From an uncultured Bacteroides sp. (GTDB lineage: Bacteria; Bacillota; Clostridia; Christensenellales; CAG-917), in the NCBI GenBank assembly GCA_964624745.1, contig CAZUZK010000006.1, positions 1-53,232 on the forward strand: a stretch of DNA of 53,232 nt, in the 5' to 3' direction. Position 1 is the first letter of the stretch. The number at the start of each line of letters is the position of its first letter. Position numbers and translations under genes: made by a program. Under the pieces are notes generated by a model. That model was not told the DNA's origin and made no database searches. It was given only the letters and a program-made list of their open reading frames with translations. This document shows, piece after piece, positions 1 through 9,611 of this stretch.

Positions 1-6
1 ATACGG

Positions 7-35
7 TTAACATTCGGCATATATGGTGTTATAAT
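7..35 (+). promoter_or_regulatory. Candidate sigma-A promoter for the riboswitch-EamA transcript
   Basis: TTAACA (7-12), 17-nt spacer, extended -10 TGtTATAAT (27-35). Confidence 0.45.
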
Positions 36-39
36 GTGT

Positions 40-177
40 TTACCATAAAGAGAAGACGAGAGACAAGCTCTATGACTCTTCAGCAACCTCCTATGTCGGG
101 AAGGTGCTAAAGCTTGAAGGATGGGAACATAACTTAAATTTACGGCTCCCGTCTGAACGATGGGAGCTTCGTTTTGT
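40..177 (+). promoter_or_regulatory. SAM-I-clan (S-box-like) riboswitch with intrinsic terminator
   Basis: Core AAGAG..GAGAGA..AUGA..GCAACC(83-88)..AAGGUGCUAA(101-110). Loop CAAGC (64-68) is complementary to GCUUG (112-116), pseudoknot-like. Terminator stem GCUCCCGU (45..52 of the 140s, i.e. 145-152) pairs with AUGGGAGC (160-167), followed by a U-tract (168-177). AUGGGA (121-126) can alternatively pair with UCCCGU (147-152) as an antiterminator. Confidence 0.55.
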
Positions 178-198
178 CGAAAAGCCTAGAGGTGGGGT

Positions 199-1095
199 AT
201 GTTGTGGATTATACTTGCGCTGATAGCCGCGTTGGCTACGTCGCTTACGACTATTTTCGCAAAAATCGGAATAAGGGATATTCAGTCGAATTTCGCGACG
301 GCATATAGGACGGGCGTCGTAATAATTTGTTGTCTGATTATGTGCTTTATCACCGGCAGTATATATACAATCGGCGACCTTACTCTCTACAACTGGCTGT
401 TTTTGATTCTGTCGGGCTTTGCGACCGGCGGCTCGTGGCTTTGCTATTACAGGGCGTTGAAGCTCGGCGATATAAACAAGGTCGCGCCCATTGACAAGTC
501 AAGCTTTGTGCTTACAAGCATATTGTTTTTGATATTCTTTTTCGATGATACAACAAACAGTGGAGATCCGTTGACGATAGGTATGCTTGTTCTTTCGATG
601 GTGCTTATGCTGTCGGGAACCGTGCTTATGATAGACAAAAAGGAGTCGGGCGAAGCAACCTCGAAGGCTTGGCTTATTTATGCGATTTTATCGGCGGTTT
701 TCGCAAGCCTTGTATCCTTGTTCGTAAAGCTGGGGCTTAAGGGAATATCCTCTGATTTAGGCACGCTTTTAAGGACTATCGTAGTATTTATTTTCGCTTT
801 GACGATTGCTCTTGCAAAAAAAGAGTATAGGGGATTATCGACGGTGACGCCCAAAAGTTGGATATTTCTCACCTTATCCGGTATTGCCACGGGCTGCGCT
901 TGGCTTTGCGAATATTACGCTCTTAACACCGACGGCGTAAATCCCGTTGCGGTGAACTCAATCGGCAAGCTGTCTATACTTTTGACAATGGGTTTTTCAT
1001 TCTTGATTTTGAAGGAAAAATTCACAAAAAAATCATTAATCGGGCTTGTTTTGCTTGTCGGCGGAATAGCCGTGATTATCGCATTCAGCCTGTAA
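199..1095 (+). CDS. EamA/DMT-superfamily permease (10-TM, two EamA repeats)
   Basis: 298-aa very hydrophobic ORF with duplicated 5-TM halves typical of EamA. RBS GAGGTGGGG lies just upstream of the ATG. Confidence 0.8.
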   Translation: MLWIILALIAALATSLTTIFAKIGIRDIQSNFATAYRTGVVIICCLIMCFITGSIYTIGDLTLYNWLFLILSGFATGGSWLCYYRALKLGDINKVAPIDKSSFVLTSILFLIFFFDDTTNSGDPLTIGMLVLSMVLMLSGTVLMIDKKESGEATSKAWLIYAILSAVFASLVSLFVKLGLKGISSDLGTLLRTIVVFIFALTIALAKKEYRGLSTVTPKSWIFLTLSGIATGCAWLCEYYALNTDGVNPVAVNSIGKLSILLTMGFSFLILKEKFTKKSLIGLVLLVGGIAVIIAFSL

Positions 1096-1100
1096 ATTGT

Positions 1101-1130
1101 AGCCGTGAAAGCACGGTTCTTATTTCTTTG
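1101..1130 (+). terminator. Candidate intrinsic terminator after the EamA gene
   Basis: AGCCGTG-aaag-CACGGTT hairpin followed by a T-rich tail. Confidence 0.45.
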
Positions 1131-1339
1131 ATTTCGCATTGAAGAATATATTAATATGCGAAAAATCATTGTTTTTTTGTTTGATGTAGAATAAAAAATA
1201 CCGTTTTATGTTGTTCGTTAAACAAAATAATATTGTTTCGCAGGATTGTGTGTAAATAACTTTTTTATAAAAATGCGCGTTTTCATTAGAATTTCGCGCG
1301 AATTTTTGCTAAAATTTTATTATCGAGGTAAGAGTGAAT

Positions 1340-1594
1340 ATGCCAATGACAACCAATCAATTTATAAATATGCAGACAATTCAAGAAGCTAAAAAAGAGG
1401 TGAAATCCTTGTTCGAAAAAGGGCAGCCCGTCACCGTTATTCTCAAAAAATCTAAGGCGAGAACGCAAGAATACGAAGTGAAAATCGTAGGAATTTATCA
1501 AAATCTTTTTACGGTTGAAAATACCGCGTTGAAGCTTTCCTTTGGCATTCAGTATGTTGACCTGGTTACGGGAGCCATAAAAATTAAAGCCTAG
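1340..1594 (+). CDS. veg: Veg-family (DUF1021) small protein
   Basis: 84-86 aa. The pattern K..L....G..V.V......R..E..G.I...Y...F.V......LSF.Y.D...G resembles B. subtilis Veg. The start is ambiguous (GTG 1334 or ATG 1340) after GAGG at 1325. Confidence 0.55.
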   Translation: MPMTTNQFINMQTIQEAKKEVKSLFEKGQPVTVILKKSKARTQEYEVKIVGIYQNLFTVENTALKLSFGIQYVDLVTGAIKIKA

Positions 1595-1720
1595 CTTTTG
1601 CTTGTAAATTCCACTGCTAATATCGATTTTTGTATATGACGGCAATATTTTTCAGCCTGCCGACTTTTGAAAATATCCTGCAAAATTGACGATAAAACGC
1701 CGATTTACGCGCCGTTACTA

Positions 1721-1749
1721 TTGCTATACGGCTATTTTTATGTTAAAAT
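1721..1749 (+). promoter_or_regulatory. Candidate sigma-A promoter
   Basis: TTGCTA (1721-1726), 17-nt spacer, TGtTAAAAT (1741-1749). Confidence 0.4.
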
Positions 1750-1776
1750 ATACACAATATAATTCGGTTGGTATTT

Positions 1777-2961
1777 ATGAAGAAGCGTTATAAGGTTTTA
1801 ATCGTTCTTGCCGTATTCGTGGTTCTTATCACGGTGTTCTTGTCCGTGCTTATGAACGACGTTACGATAAATGAAGGCGACGGAGAGCTTAACGGCAAAT
1901 ATAAAACCGTGCTTGCCAATATCGACGGAATCGTTGAGGCAAATCCGCGTTTGGTTGATATTGCAATGCTCGGCTCGCACGACGCCGTAACCGACACACT
2001 TTCTCTCGATACTCCGTTGGACTATCACGATAAGGATTCTGTTTTAGGCAAGCTTGAGGGCATTATGGGCGGCATAACCTTCCGCTTCAGCAAGACGCAG
2101 ACCGTCGGGCTTGGCAAACAGCTTGAGCAGGGCGCGAGATTTTTCCATATAAAATGCACCGATTACGACGGAGAATGGTACGGCACGCATTCGCATTTGT
2201 GCGGAAAAATGTCCGACCATATCACCGAAGTATTAAAGTATCTTGCCTCCGACGAGGCAAAGGGCGAAATCGTGGTTTTGCTTTTCCAAATCACGTATAT
2301 GGGCGAGGGACAAAATCTCGACACCTTCCACGAATTTGTCGATAACGTAAAATATGAGGGCAAATCGCTGTTCGATTACGTTTACATCGACAAGGCGGAC
2401 GTTTACGACGTGGGCGACGGCGGTACGCGAATAGGCGAGCTGACGTATTGCGATTTGACAAAGAGCGGCACTGTACCGGGCGTTGTGATGTTCGATAGAC
2501 GTGAAGAGGGCAAATTCCCCGAGCATTGGGACGGCACGAGCGAGTTGACTCAAAAATGCTTCGATATGGACGCTTGCTCGGAGCATGAATGGCACAACAG
2601 TATCGGCGAAGACAGATTGATAAAGAAAATCAATACCGTTTGCAGCAAGATCGAATCGAACAAAACGTTGCTCGGCAAGCTTCGTCTAAATCAAACGCAG
2701 GCGTCCTTTGGCGTTAACAGTGCAGGCGAGTTTTTCTCGTGTGTGGGAGCGTGGTCGCTTTTGCGCTTTGCGACAAAATATAACGTAAAGCTTATCGAAA
2801 ACGAGAATTTCGATAAGTGGTTGACATATATGCCCGTATTTCAGGTTGATTTTTGCAACAGCAATCACGGCGATTTCAACAATCGCGTAAATGCAAAAAT
2901 TGCAAATCACAACAAGAAAACGGTGCAAAATATCTTAAATAAAAACTTAAATCTGGCGTAA
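1777..2961 (+). CDS. Membrane-anchored PLC-like phosphodiesterase (PI-PLC X-domain-like)
   Basis: N-terminal TM helix. Motifs MLGSHDA and GARFFHIK resemble the GTHDS / G.R.FD.R catalytic motifs of PI-PLC X domains. ATG at 1777 is preferred over the TTG at 1768 used in the ORF track. Confidence 0.5.
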   Translation: MKKRYKVLIVLAVFVVLITVFLSVLMNDVTINEGDGELNGKYKTVLANIDGIVEANPRLVDIAMLGSHDAVTDTLSLDTPLDYHDKDSVLGKLEGIMGGITFRFSKTQTVGLGKQLEQGARFFHIKCTDYDGEWYGTHSHLCGKMSDHITEVLKYLASDEAKGEIVVLLFQITYMGEGQNLDTFHEFVDNVKYEGKSLFDYVYIDKADVYDVGDGGTRIGELTYCDLTKSGTVPGVVMFDRREEGKFPEHWDGTSELTQKCFDMDACSEHEWHNSIGEDRLIKKINTVCSKIESNKTLLGKLRLNQTQASFGVNSAGEFFSCVGAWSLLRFATKYNVKLIENENFDKWLTYMPVFQVDFCNSNHGDFNNRVNAKIANHNKKTVQNILNKNLNLA

Positions 2962-2966
2962 TTAAA

Positions 2967-3476
2967 ATGTTGACAAAGCTTGAGAAAAAAGATTTCGACG
3001 CCTTTTTCAAAATAATGGAAGAGGCGTTTCCAACAGACGAAAGGCGTCCGTATTTAGAGGAATACGCGCTTTTGTCCAACAAAAAATTCCTTCCGTACGT
3101 ATTGAAAAACGACGATAAAATCATCGGATTTATCACTGTTTACGATTTTAGCGATTTCGTGTACGTGGAGCATTTTGCCATATCAAGCGAGTATCGCAAT
3201 CAAGGCGTCGGCTCAAAAATTTTAAGCGAGCTATCGGCAATGTATAGCAATATCGTTTTTGAGGTAGAACCGCCGATAACCGAGCAAGCGGTGAAGAGAA
3301 TCGCATTTTATAAGCGCAACGGATTTTGCTTGAGCGATTACTCTTATATGCAACCGCCGATTTCAAAAGGGAAAAAGGAAGTGCCGCTTATGATAATGTC
3401 CTCGTTTAAGCTTGACGAAGCCACCTTTTCAAAAATAAAACAAACGCTATATACAGAGGTGTACCACGTCGTTTAA
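2967..3476 (+). CDS. GNAT-family N-acetyltransferase
   Basis: 169 aa with the acetyl-CoA binding motif YRNQGVGSKIL. Confidence 0.8.
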   Translation: MLTKLEKKDFDAFFKIMEEAFPTDERRPYLEEYALLSNKKFLPYVLKNDDKIIGFITVYDFSDFVYVEHFAISSEYRNQGVGSKILSELSAMYSNIVFEVEPPITEQAVKRIAFYKRNGFCLSDYSYMQPPISKGKKEVPLMIMSSFKLDEATFSKIKQTLYTEVYHVV

Positions 3477-3556
3477 GTTAATATATGTTGTCCGACATAG
3501 GAAATATCGCTTTGATTTTTCCTGAATTTATTTGATATATCAACGCAAAAATGCGC

Positions 3557-3590
3557 GAAAAAAGAGACCTAAGTCTCTTTTTAATTTTGT
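3557..3590 (+). terminator. Intrinsic terminator after the GNAT gene
   Basis: AAAGAGAC-ctaa-GTCTCTTT hairpin followed by TTAATTTT. It is flanked by an A-tract, so it may act bidirectionally. Confidence 0.6.
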
Positions 3591-3634
3591 TTAGGCGTTG
3601 CATCTGGTTTGACAAATCACCTTGCAATCGTTGA

Positions 3635-3673
3635 CAAAAAAATATTAGGGAGCGCATATGCGATGCGCCCCCT
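3635..3673 (-). terminator. Intrinsic terminator of the DUF1508 gene
   Basis: On the minus strand, GGGGGCGCA-loop-TGCGCTCCC (one mismatch) is followed by a T-tract (plus-strand A-run 3635-3641). Confidence 0.55.
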
Positions 3674-3693
3674 AAAAGCTTTATATACGAGTC

Positions 3694-5184
3694 TTACCAA
3701 AGATTGTCGTTTCTTACGATAGCGCAGCCCTTGCTTGCTCTGCCGACAGCCGCGATGCCGTTCTTTGCGCCGCTGATGTCCGCGTAACCGTCGTTTGTGG
3801 TTGCGATAAGGCTACCGTTGGTTGCAAACAAGCGGAGACGATATTCGCCTTTCTTGTCGAGATAGATTTCCCATTTGGGGAACTTCAAAACCTCGTAATT
3901 CTTCAAGGTTTGGTTTTCGACAGGAGCTTTTTCTGCGTTGTTAATAACGCTTTGAATGCCGATTTTCGCCGCGCCGAGAGTGGTGTAGGCTTGTGCGCCG
4001 ATTGCCACTACGCGGTAGTTGGAGGAATAGAGCTTAAACACGAAATTGCCTTTATCCGTCTTTTTGATGACGTATTTGCCGTGCATTCTGCCTTCGCCCT
4101 CGACAAGTACGGTTTCCTCGTTGTCTTTTACGGCTTTGGTTTCTTTAGCTTCCTTTGCAGGGGCTGCCTTCGGGGCTTTTTCGACTTTTCCGTCCTTGGT
4201 AGCAGTCTTGGTTGCTTTGGCTTTCGGAGCCTTTTCTTCTTTTGTTGCCGGTGCTTCCGTTTTCACGGTTTTGTCTGCTGCTTTTGCCACTTTTATATTT
4301 TCCTCCGTTGTAGTATTTTTAGTATTATCGACAGCCTTCGTCGCCTTTTTAGCGGTAGATTTCGGCTTGCTTTCGGTAGCTTTAACGGTATCTTCGGCTT
4401 TTGGCTCGGAGGTAGTCTTTACGGTTTTGGTATTCGTAGCTTTCTTCACGTTTTTGTCTTCTTCAAGTGCCGAAGCCTCTTTCTTTTGAACGACGGGAGC
4501 AACCGCCCAAAGGTCTTCTGCTTTTTCCTGTTTCTTTTTGGTGGAAACGACCTTTGCTTTCGTCGGTTTTTCGATGTCGAAATTGGTATCGAACAACGCG
4601 TCGTTTACGGAGAATCCGTCGCTTATATGTATCTCTGTGTCGTTGTTGGACACGACGCTCTTTGCCTTTTTGACGGGTTTTTCTTCGGCAATCGGTTCTT
4701 CTTGGACGGGAGTAGCAACGCTTTCTTGTTCGGCGTTGTTTTCTTCAATCAGAGTTTCGAGAGAAGAGACTTCTTCTTGTACAACTTCTTCAACCTGCGT
4801 ATCTTCTGCGACGAGAGTGTCTTGTTCGACCTGTTCTTCAACAGCCGCAACAGGTTCTTCAACCGCTTCGGTATGTTCTTCTACGGGTTCAACTACGGCG
4901 TTTGCTTCCTCAACAAGCTCTTCTGCAGGCTCTTCGGTCGGCTCGGCGACGTCTTCGACAGGCTCTTCGACTTTTTCTTCCTGCACGGGTTCTTCTTGCT
5001 CGGCAGTTGTTTCTTCAAGGACGTCGAGCGACGCGTCGTCGTTATTTTCTTCTTCGAGTATCGGCAACGTCACTTCCTCGACGGAGCCGTCCTCGGCTCT
5101 TCTTATAAGAGTGCCGACAGGGGCAGTATCGTCGTCCTCGACGATTTCGCTTTCCAAGAATTCGATTTCATCAAAATTTACCAT
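3694..5184 (-). CDS. Protein with a long acidic/basic low-complexity N-region and two C-terminal YegP-like DUF1508 repeats
   Basis: C-terminal repeats GNFVFKLYSSNYRVVAIGAQAYTTLGAAKIGIQSV and GEYRLRLFATNGSLIATTNDGYADISGAKNGIAAV match the YegP/DUF1508 pattern. The start is moved to the ATG at 5184 (MVNFDEIEF), preceded by GGAGGA. Confidence 0.75.
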   Translation of the reverse strand: MVNFDEIEFLESEIVEDDDTAPVGTLIRRAEDGSVEEVTLPILEEENNDDASLDVLEETTAEQEEPVQEEKVEEPVEDVAEPTEEPAEELVEEANAVVEPVEEHTEAVEEPVAAVEEQVEQDTLVAEDTQVEEVVQEEVSSLETLIEENNAEQESVATPVQEEPIAEEKPVKKAKSVVSNNDTEIHISDGFSVNDALFDTNFDIEKPTKAKVVSTKKKQEKAEDLWAVAPVVQKKEASALEEDKNVKKATNTKTVKTTSEPKAEDTVKATESKPKSTAKKATKAVDNTKNTTTEENIKVAKAADKTVKTEAPATKEEKAPKAKATKTATKDGKVEKAPKAAPAKEAKETKAVKDNEETVLVEGEGRMHGKYVIKKTDKGNFVFKLYSSNYRVVAIGAQAYTTLGAAKIGIQSVINNAEKAPVENQTLKNYEVLKFPKWEIYLDKKGEYRLRLFATNGSLIATTNDGYADISGAKNGIAAVGRASKGCAIVRNDNLW

Positions 5185-5341
5185 AAAAATAAATTCCTCC
5201 GCGAGAAAACAGAAGAATTTTTTTATATAAAAAAACTCCTCTATAATCCATGATATGTATATCATAACATAACAAATTCTCTAAATCAATAAACTTTTGA
5301 ACTTTTTTGCAATCAAATTTTGTGTATTTTGACATAAAAAT

Positions 5342-5370
5342 TTGATAATTCATACAAGATGTGGTATAGT
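5342..5370 (+). promoter_or_regulatory. Candidate sigma-A promoter of pcrA-ligA
   Basis: TTGATA (5342-5347), 17-nt spacer, TGgTATAGT (5362-5370). Confidence 0.45.
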
Positions 5371-5405
5371 TAACCCAAAAGAGCGATTCGTCAACACGGA
5401 GTAAT

Positions 5406-7649
5406 ATGGACAACAAATACAATCTCAATCAACAACAGCTTCTTGCAGTCAACGATACGGAAGGCGCCGTGTTGGTTATCGCGGGTGCCGGAAGCGGAAA
5501 AACGCGTGTGCTTACCGCTCGTATCTGTCATCTTATCGAAAACGGCGTCGAGCCGTACAATATTCTTGCAATAACTTTTACAAACAAAGCCGCAAACGAA
5601 ATGAAGGAGCGTATAGAAAACGCGCTCGGATACACCAACGTATGGACAAGCACGTTTCACTCGATGTGCGCGCGCATTCTGCGTTTCGACATTGAGAGGT
5701 TGGGCTACGGCAAGGATTTTACGATATACACGGAGCTTGAAAGCGAGCGCGTCGTAAAGCGCGTACTTCAAGATTACACGCAAGCCGATCCGAAAAAGCG
5801 CGGAGATTATTTGTGGCATATATCGAGAGCCAAAACTCTCGCTATGTCGCCCGAGCGTTATTACGACGCCATAAAGCTCGAGGACGACGACGCAAACAAT
5901 ATCCGCGAGGTTTACGAAAGATACGAAGCCGAGCTGAAAAAGAGTAATTGCCTTGATTTTGACGATTTGCTTTTGAAAACGGTTGAGTTGTTCAAGCAAT
6001 GTCCCGACGTTTTGGAGAAGTATCAAAACCGTTTCAAATACATAAACGTGGACGAATTTCAAGACACCAACAAGCTTCAATACGACATCGTTAAGCTGCT
6101 TGCGAAAAAATACGGCAATCTGTTTGTTGTTGGCGACGAGGACCAATCCATTTACAGTTGGCGCGGCGCGGAAATCCGCAATATTTTGGATTTTCCCAAG
6201 GATTTTCCCGGCGCAAAGGTGTATAAGCTCGAGCAGAATTATCGCAGCACAACGTCTATATTGAAGGCGGCAAACAACGTTATAAAAAACAATTCCAATC
6301 GCAACGAAAAGAATCTTTGGAGCGATATAAACGACGACAACAGCATCGAGTATTACGAGGCGTACAGCGATAGAGACGAAGCCTCGCAGGTCGCAAGAGC
6401 CGTCAACACGCTCGTCAACAAAGGGAGCAACTACGGTTCGATTGCAGTTTTGGTGCGTGCAAACTCCGTTACGCGCCAATTTGAAGAGGAATTTAATCTT
6501 CATCAAATACCTTATAAGGTATTTGGCGGTTTTAGATTTTACGAAAGAAAGGAAATCAAGGACGCGCTCGCATACGTTCGACTTGCAATTAATCCGAGCG
6601 ATAACGACAGCATTTTGCGCGTCGTCAACTATCCTAAACGCGGCATAGGCACAACCGCCGTACAGGAGCTTCAGGACGTCGCAAAAAACAATAACATGAC
6701 GTTTTTTGAGGTGCTTCTCAATTCCGATATGCTTTCGGGAGCCACAGCAAAAAAGCTGTCGCCGTTTATAGAGATTGCCACCGATTTGGTGAGGCTTTCA
6801 AAGCAAATGAGCGCGGTTGAATTTATCCAATACGCGATACGCCGTAGCGGACTAGAAAACGCGTTGGCGACAAGCCCCGACGTCGAGGACGCGAACAGGC
6901 TCGAGAATATTCAAGAGCTTGTTTCGGCGGTAGACCAGTTTATGCAAGACAATAAGGGCGCAAGTATATCCGATTTTATGCAGTCCGTCGCGCTTGTGTC
7001 GGACACCGATGAAATGAACGGTGACGATTACGTAACCGTCGCGACCATTCACGCCGTCAAGGGGCTTGAGTTCGACAACGTGTTTATCGTTGCGCTCGAG
7101 GACGGGATTTTCCCGACGCAAAAGTCGATTACCGCTGGCGACATCGAAGAAGAACGCCGACTTATGTACGTCGCAATAACGCGCGCAAAAAAGAAGCTTT
7201 TTATTCTCAATGCGCGCCAACGCTTCCGCTTCGGAAGAACGGAATATTTCCCGAAGAGTCGCTTTATAGGCGAAATGAGCGGCTTTAAGCAGTCGGTGCG
7301 CTTCACAAATTCAAGCTATTCGACAAACGATAATCCGTCGAGAATCAAGCTCGGTATCAACAATCCGCAGACCTCGGCGTTCAAGAAGAATTTGTCAAAC
7401 GGCTTTGAAAAGCAAAGCTATTCGACAGCAAAAAGCTCGGACGTAGACTACTCCGTATTCGTAAAAGACGCCATAGTCGAGCATACCAAATTCGGAAGAG
7501 GTATAATTATCCAAACGAGCGGAGACGGCGACGACAAAATAGCGGCAATAGCCTTTAAGGGACTGGGCGTAAAGCGTTTTTCGCTGGCAATCGCCGCGCC
7601 TTATCTCAAGGTTTTGAAAAAAGAGCAAATAGACGATAATTTCGATTAA
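5406..7649 (+). CDS. pcrA: ATP-dependent DNA helicase PcrA (UvrD family)
   Basis: Walker A AGAGSGKT, DEFQDT, the full set of SF1 motifs and a C-terminal Tudor-like tail. Located upstream of ligA, as in Firmicutes. Confidence 0.95.
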   Translation: MDNKYNLNQQQLLAVNDTEGAVLVIAGAGSGKTRVLTARICHLIENGVEPYNILAITFTNKAANEMKERIENALGYTNVWTSTFHSMCARILRFDIERLGYGKDFTIYTELESERVVKRVLQDYTQADPKKRGDYLWHISRAKTLAMSPERYYDAIKLEDDDANNIREVYERYEAELKKSNCLDFDDLLLKTVELFKQCPDVLEKYQNRFKYINVDEFQDTNKLQYDIVKLLAKKYGNLFVVGDEDQSIYSWRGAEIRNILDFPKDFPGAKVYKLEQNYRSTTSILKAANNVIKNNSNRNEKNLWSDINDDNSIEYYEAYSDRDEASQVARAVNTLVNKGSNYGSIAVLVRANSVTRQFEEEFNLHQIPYKVFGGFRFYERKEIKDALAYVRLAINPSDNDSILRVVNYPKRGIGTTAVQELQDVAKNNNMTFFEVLLNSDMLSGATAKKLSPFIEIATDLVRLSKQMSAVEFIQYAIRRSGLENALATSPDVEDANRLENIQELVSAVDQFMQDNKGASISDFMQSVALVSDTDEMNGDDYVTVATIHAVKGLEFDNVFIVALEDGIFPTQKSITAGDIEEERRLMYVAITRAKKKLFILNARQRFRFGRTEYFPKSRFIGEMSGFKQSVRFTNSSYSTNDNPSRIKLGINNPQTSAFKKNLSNGFEKQSYSTAKSSDVDYSVFVKDAIVEHTKFGRGIIIQTSGDGDDKIAAIAFKGLGVKRFSLAIAAPYLKVLKKEQIDDNFD

Positions 7650-7664
7650 GCATAGGGAGCAGTT

Positions 7665-9611
7665 ATGGACAAGCTTGCAAGAATGAAAGAACTTATCACA
7701 ACCCTCAACGAGTGGGCGCGTTTGTATTACGAAGAAGACGCTCCCGTTGTCGCCGACGCCGAGTATGACAAATTGTACGACGAATTGCGCGCGCTTGAAA
7801 ACGAGGAGGAATACTCGCTTCCGAACAGTCCCACTCATAGAGTCGGCGGTGCGCCTAAGGGCAAATTTGAGCAATCCAAGCATCTTTTGCGCCTTTACAG
7901 CCTAGATAAGTGCCAATCGAAAGAGGAATTTGAAGAGTGGTGCGCTCGCCTAGTCAAGACGGTGGGCTATTTGCCAACGCTTACCTGCGAATACAAATTC
8001 GACGGCTTGACCTTGAATATCTTGTACGAAAACGGAAAGCTGATTCAAGCCACGACGCGCGGAAACGGTATCGTAGGCGAGATTGTCACCGAACAGGTAA
8101 AAACCATCGAGAAGCTGCCAAAAACAATAGCATATAAAGGAAAAATCGAAATTCAGGGCGAAGGAATTTTGCGTTTAAGCAATCTTGAAAAATACAATTT
8201 AACCGCAACAGAACCGCTGAAAAACGCAAGAAACGGCGCGGCAGGCGCAATCCGAAATCTAAATCCCGAAGTTACGGCAAAAAGAGGACTTTCCTTTATG
8301 GCGTACAACGTGGGATATAGCGATAGAAGCTTTGAAACACAGTCGGAGGTCAGAAGCTTTTTGCAAAGCGAGGGCTTTGAGGTGGAAGGCGACTTTGACT
8401 GCGTAAACAGCGTATCTAACGCAATGAATTATGCAGATAACACAGGCGATAAGAGAGAAACGCTCGACTATTTGATTGACGGCGTGGTATATAAGGTCAA
8501 CGATTTTAAGCTGCGCGAGGAAATAGGCTTTACCGAAAAATTCCCCAAATGGGCGGTGGCGTACAAATTCAAGGCTGACGAGATGACAACCACCTTGAAG
8601 GACGTGACGTGGCAGGTGTCGAGAAGCGCGAAATTAAACCCCATTGCCATTCTCGAGCCGGTTGACATCGGCGGCGTAACGGTTAGTCGTGCCACGCTCA
8701 ACAATTACGGCGACATTCTAAAGAAAAAGGTTAAAATCGGCGATAAGGTTTTTGTGAGAAGAAGCAATGACGTTATACCCGAAATTATGGGCGTCGCTAT
8801 CGAAAACGAGAACGCAAAAGCCATTGAAAAACCGCAGTTTTGCCCCGTTTGCAACGCTCCAATAAAGGAAGTCGGCGCGTTTTTATATTGCACGGGCGAT
8901 AATTGCGCACCGCAAATCATTTCAAAACTCGACCATTTCGCCTCAAAGGACGCAATGGACATCGACGGTTTCAGCGAAAAAACCGCAGAACTTTTGTATA
9001 ACGAAAGGCACGTCGAAAGCGCGGTGGAGCTTATGCGTTTGACCGCAATCGACCTGCTGGGACTTGACGGCTTCGGCGATAAAAAAATCAACAATTTGTT
9101 GAATGCGATAGAAAAATCCAAGAAAACAACGCTTGACAGATTTTTGTTTGCGCTAGGCATCGACGGTATAGGTAAGAAAACGGCAAAAGATTTGGTTAAG
9201 CGGTTTAGAACGCTTGAAAATCTAGCAAACGCACCTATTGCGGAGCTAGGAGCTGTGGACGGTATCGGCGAAATTTTAGCCGGAAACGTTCACGATTTTT
9301 TCAACGATTCAAGCAACAAGCAATTTATATCCGATTTGCTTTCGTCGGGGATTTCTTTTGAGGAACTTGAAGAAAAAAACGGCGTGTTCAGCGGAATGAA
9401 AGTTGTGCTTACCGGTTCGCTTCCGACGTATAAGCGAGGCGAGGCTACAAGGCTTATCGAAGACAACGGCGGAGAGGTTGCCTCTTCCGTTTCCAAGGCA
9501 GTGAATCTAGTTCTTGCCGGTGAGGACGCAGGCTCCAAGCTCGAAAAGGCTCAAAAGCTCGGAATCAAGATTATAGACGAGGAAACCTTCAAACAAATGC
9601 TCGGGCTGTGA
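7665..9611 (+). CDS. ligA: NAD-dependent DNA ligase
   Basis: Adenylation motif CEYKFDGL, Zn finger CPVC..C, HhH repeats and a C-terminal BRCT domain. Confidence 0.95.
   Translation: MDKLARMKELITTLNEWARLYYEEDAPVVADAEYDKLYDELRALENEEEYSLPNSPTHRVGGAPKGKFEQSKHLLRLYSLDKCQSKEEFEEWCARLVKTVGYLPTLTCEYKFDGLTLNILYENGKLIQATTRGNGIVGEIVTEQVKTIEKLPKTIAYKGKIEIQGEGILRLSNLEKYNLTATEPLKNARNGAAGAIRNLNPEVTAKRGLSFMAYNVGYSDRSFETQSEVRSFLQSEGFEVEGDFDCVNSVSNAMNYADNTGDKRETLDYLIDGVVYKVNDFKLREEIGFTEKFPKWAVAYKFKADEMTTTLKDVTWQVSRSAKLNPIAILEPVDIGGVTVSRATLNNYGDILKKKVKIGDKVFVRRSNDVIPEIMGVAIENENAKAIEKPQFCPVCNAPIKEVGAFLYCTGDNCAPQIISKLDHFASKDAMDIDGFSEKTAELLYNERHVESAVELMRLTAIDLLGLDGFGDKKINNLLNAIEKSKKTTLDRFLFALGIDGIGKKTAKDLVKRFRTLENLANAPIAELGAVDGIGEILAGNVHDFFNDSSNKQFISDLLSSGISFEELEEKNGVFSGMKVVLTGSLPTYKRGEATRLIEDNGGEVASSVSKAVNLVLAGEDAGSKLEKAQKLGIKIIDEETFKQMLGL

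Noticed and set aside
3910-5253. 447-aa, 147-aa, 230-aa and 68-aa plus-strand ORFs opposite the DUF1508 gene
   Set aside because: These are mirror-image ORFs generated by the GAA/GTT-rich low-complexity coding sequence on the minus strand. Their translations are Phe/Ser/Leu-rich nonsense, with no RBS and no domain.
5391-6506. 371-aa minus-strand ORF antisense to pcrA. Similar long antisense ORFs occur at 13976..14695, 21105..21959, 22036..23037, 33549..34268, 35895..36881, 37600..38574 and 40999..41868.
   Set aside because: Each fully overlaps a confidently identified housekeeping gene on the + strand. They show no recognisable motifs or RBS and are typical shadow ORFs.
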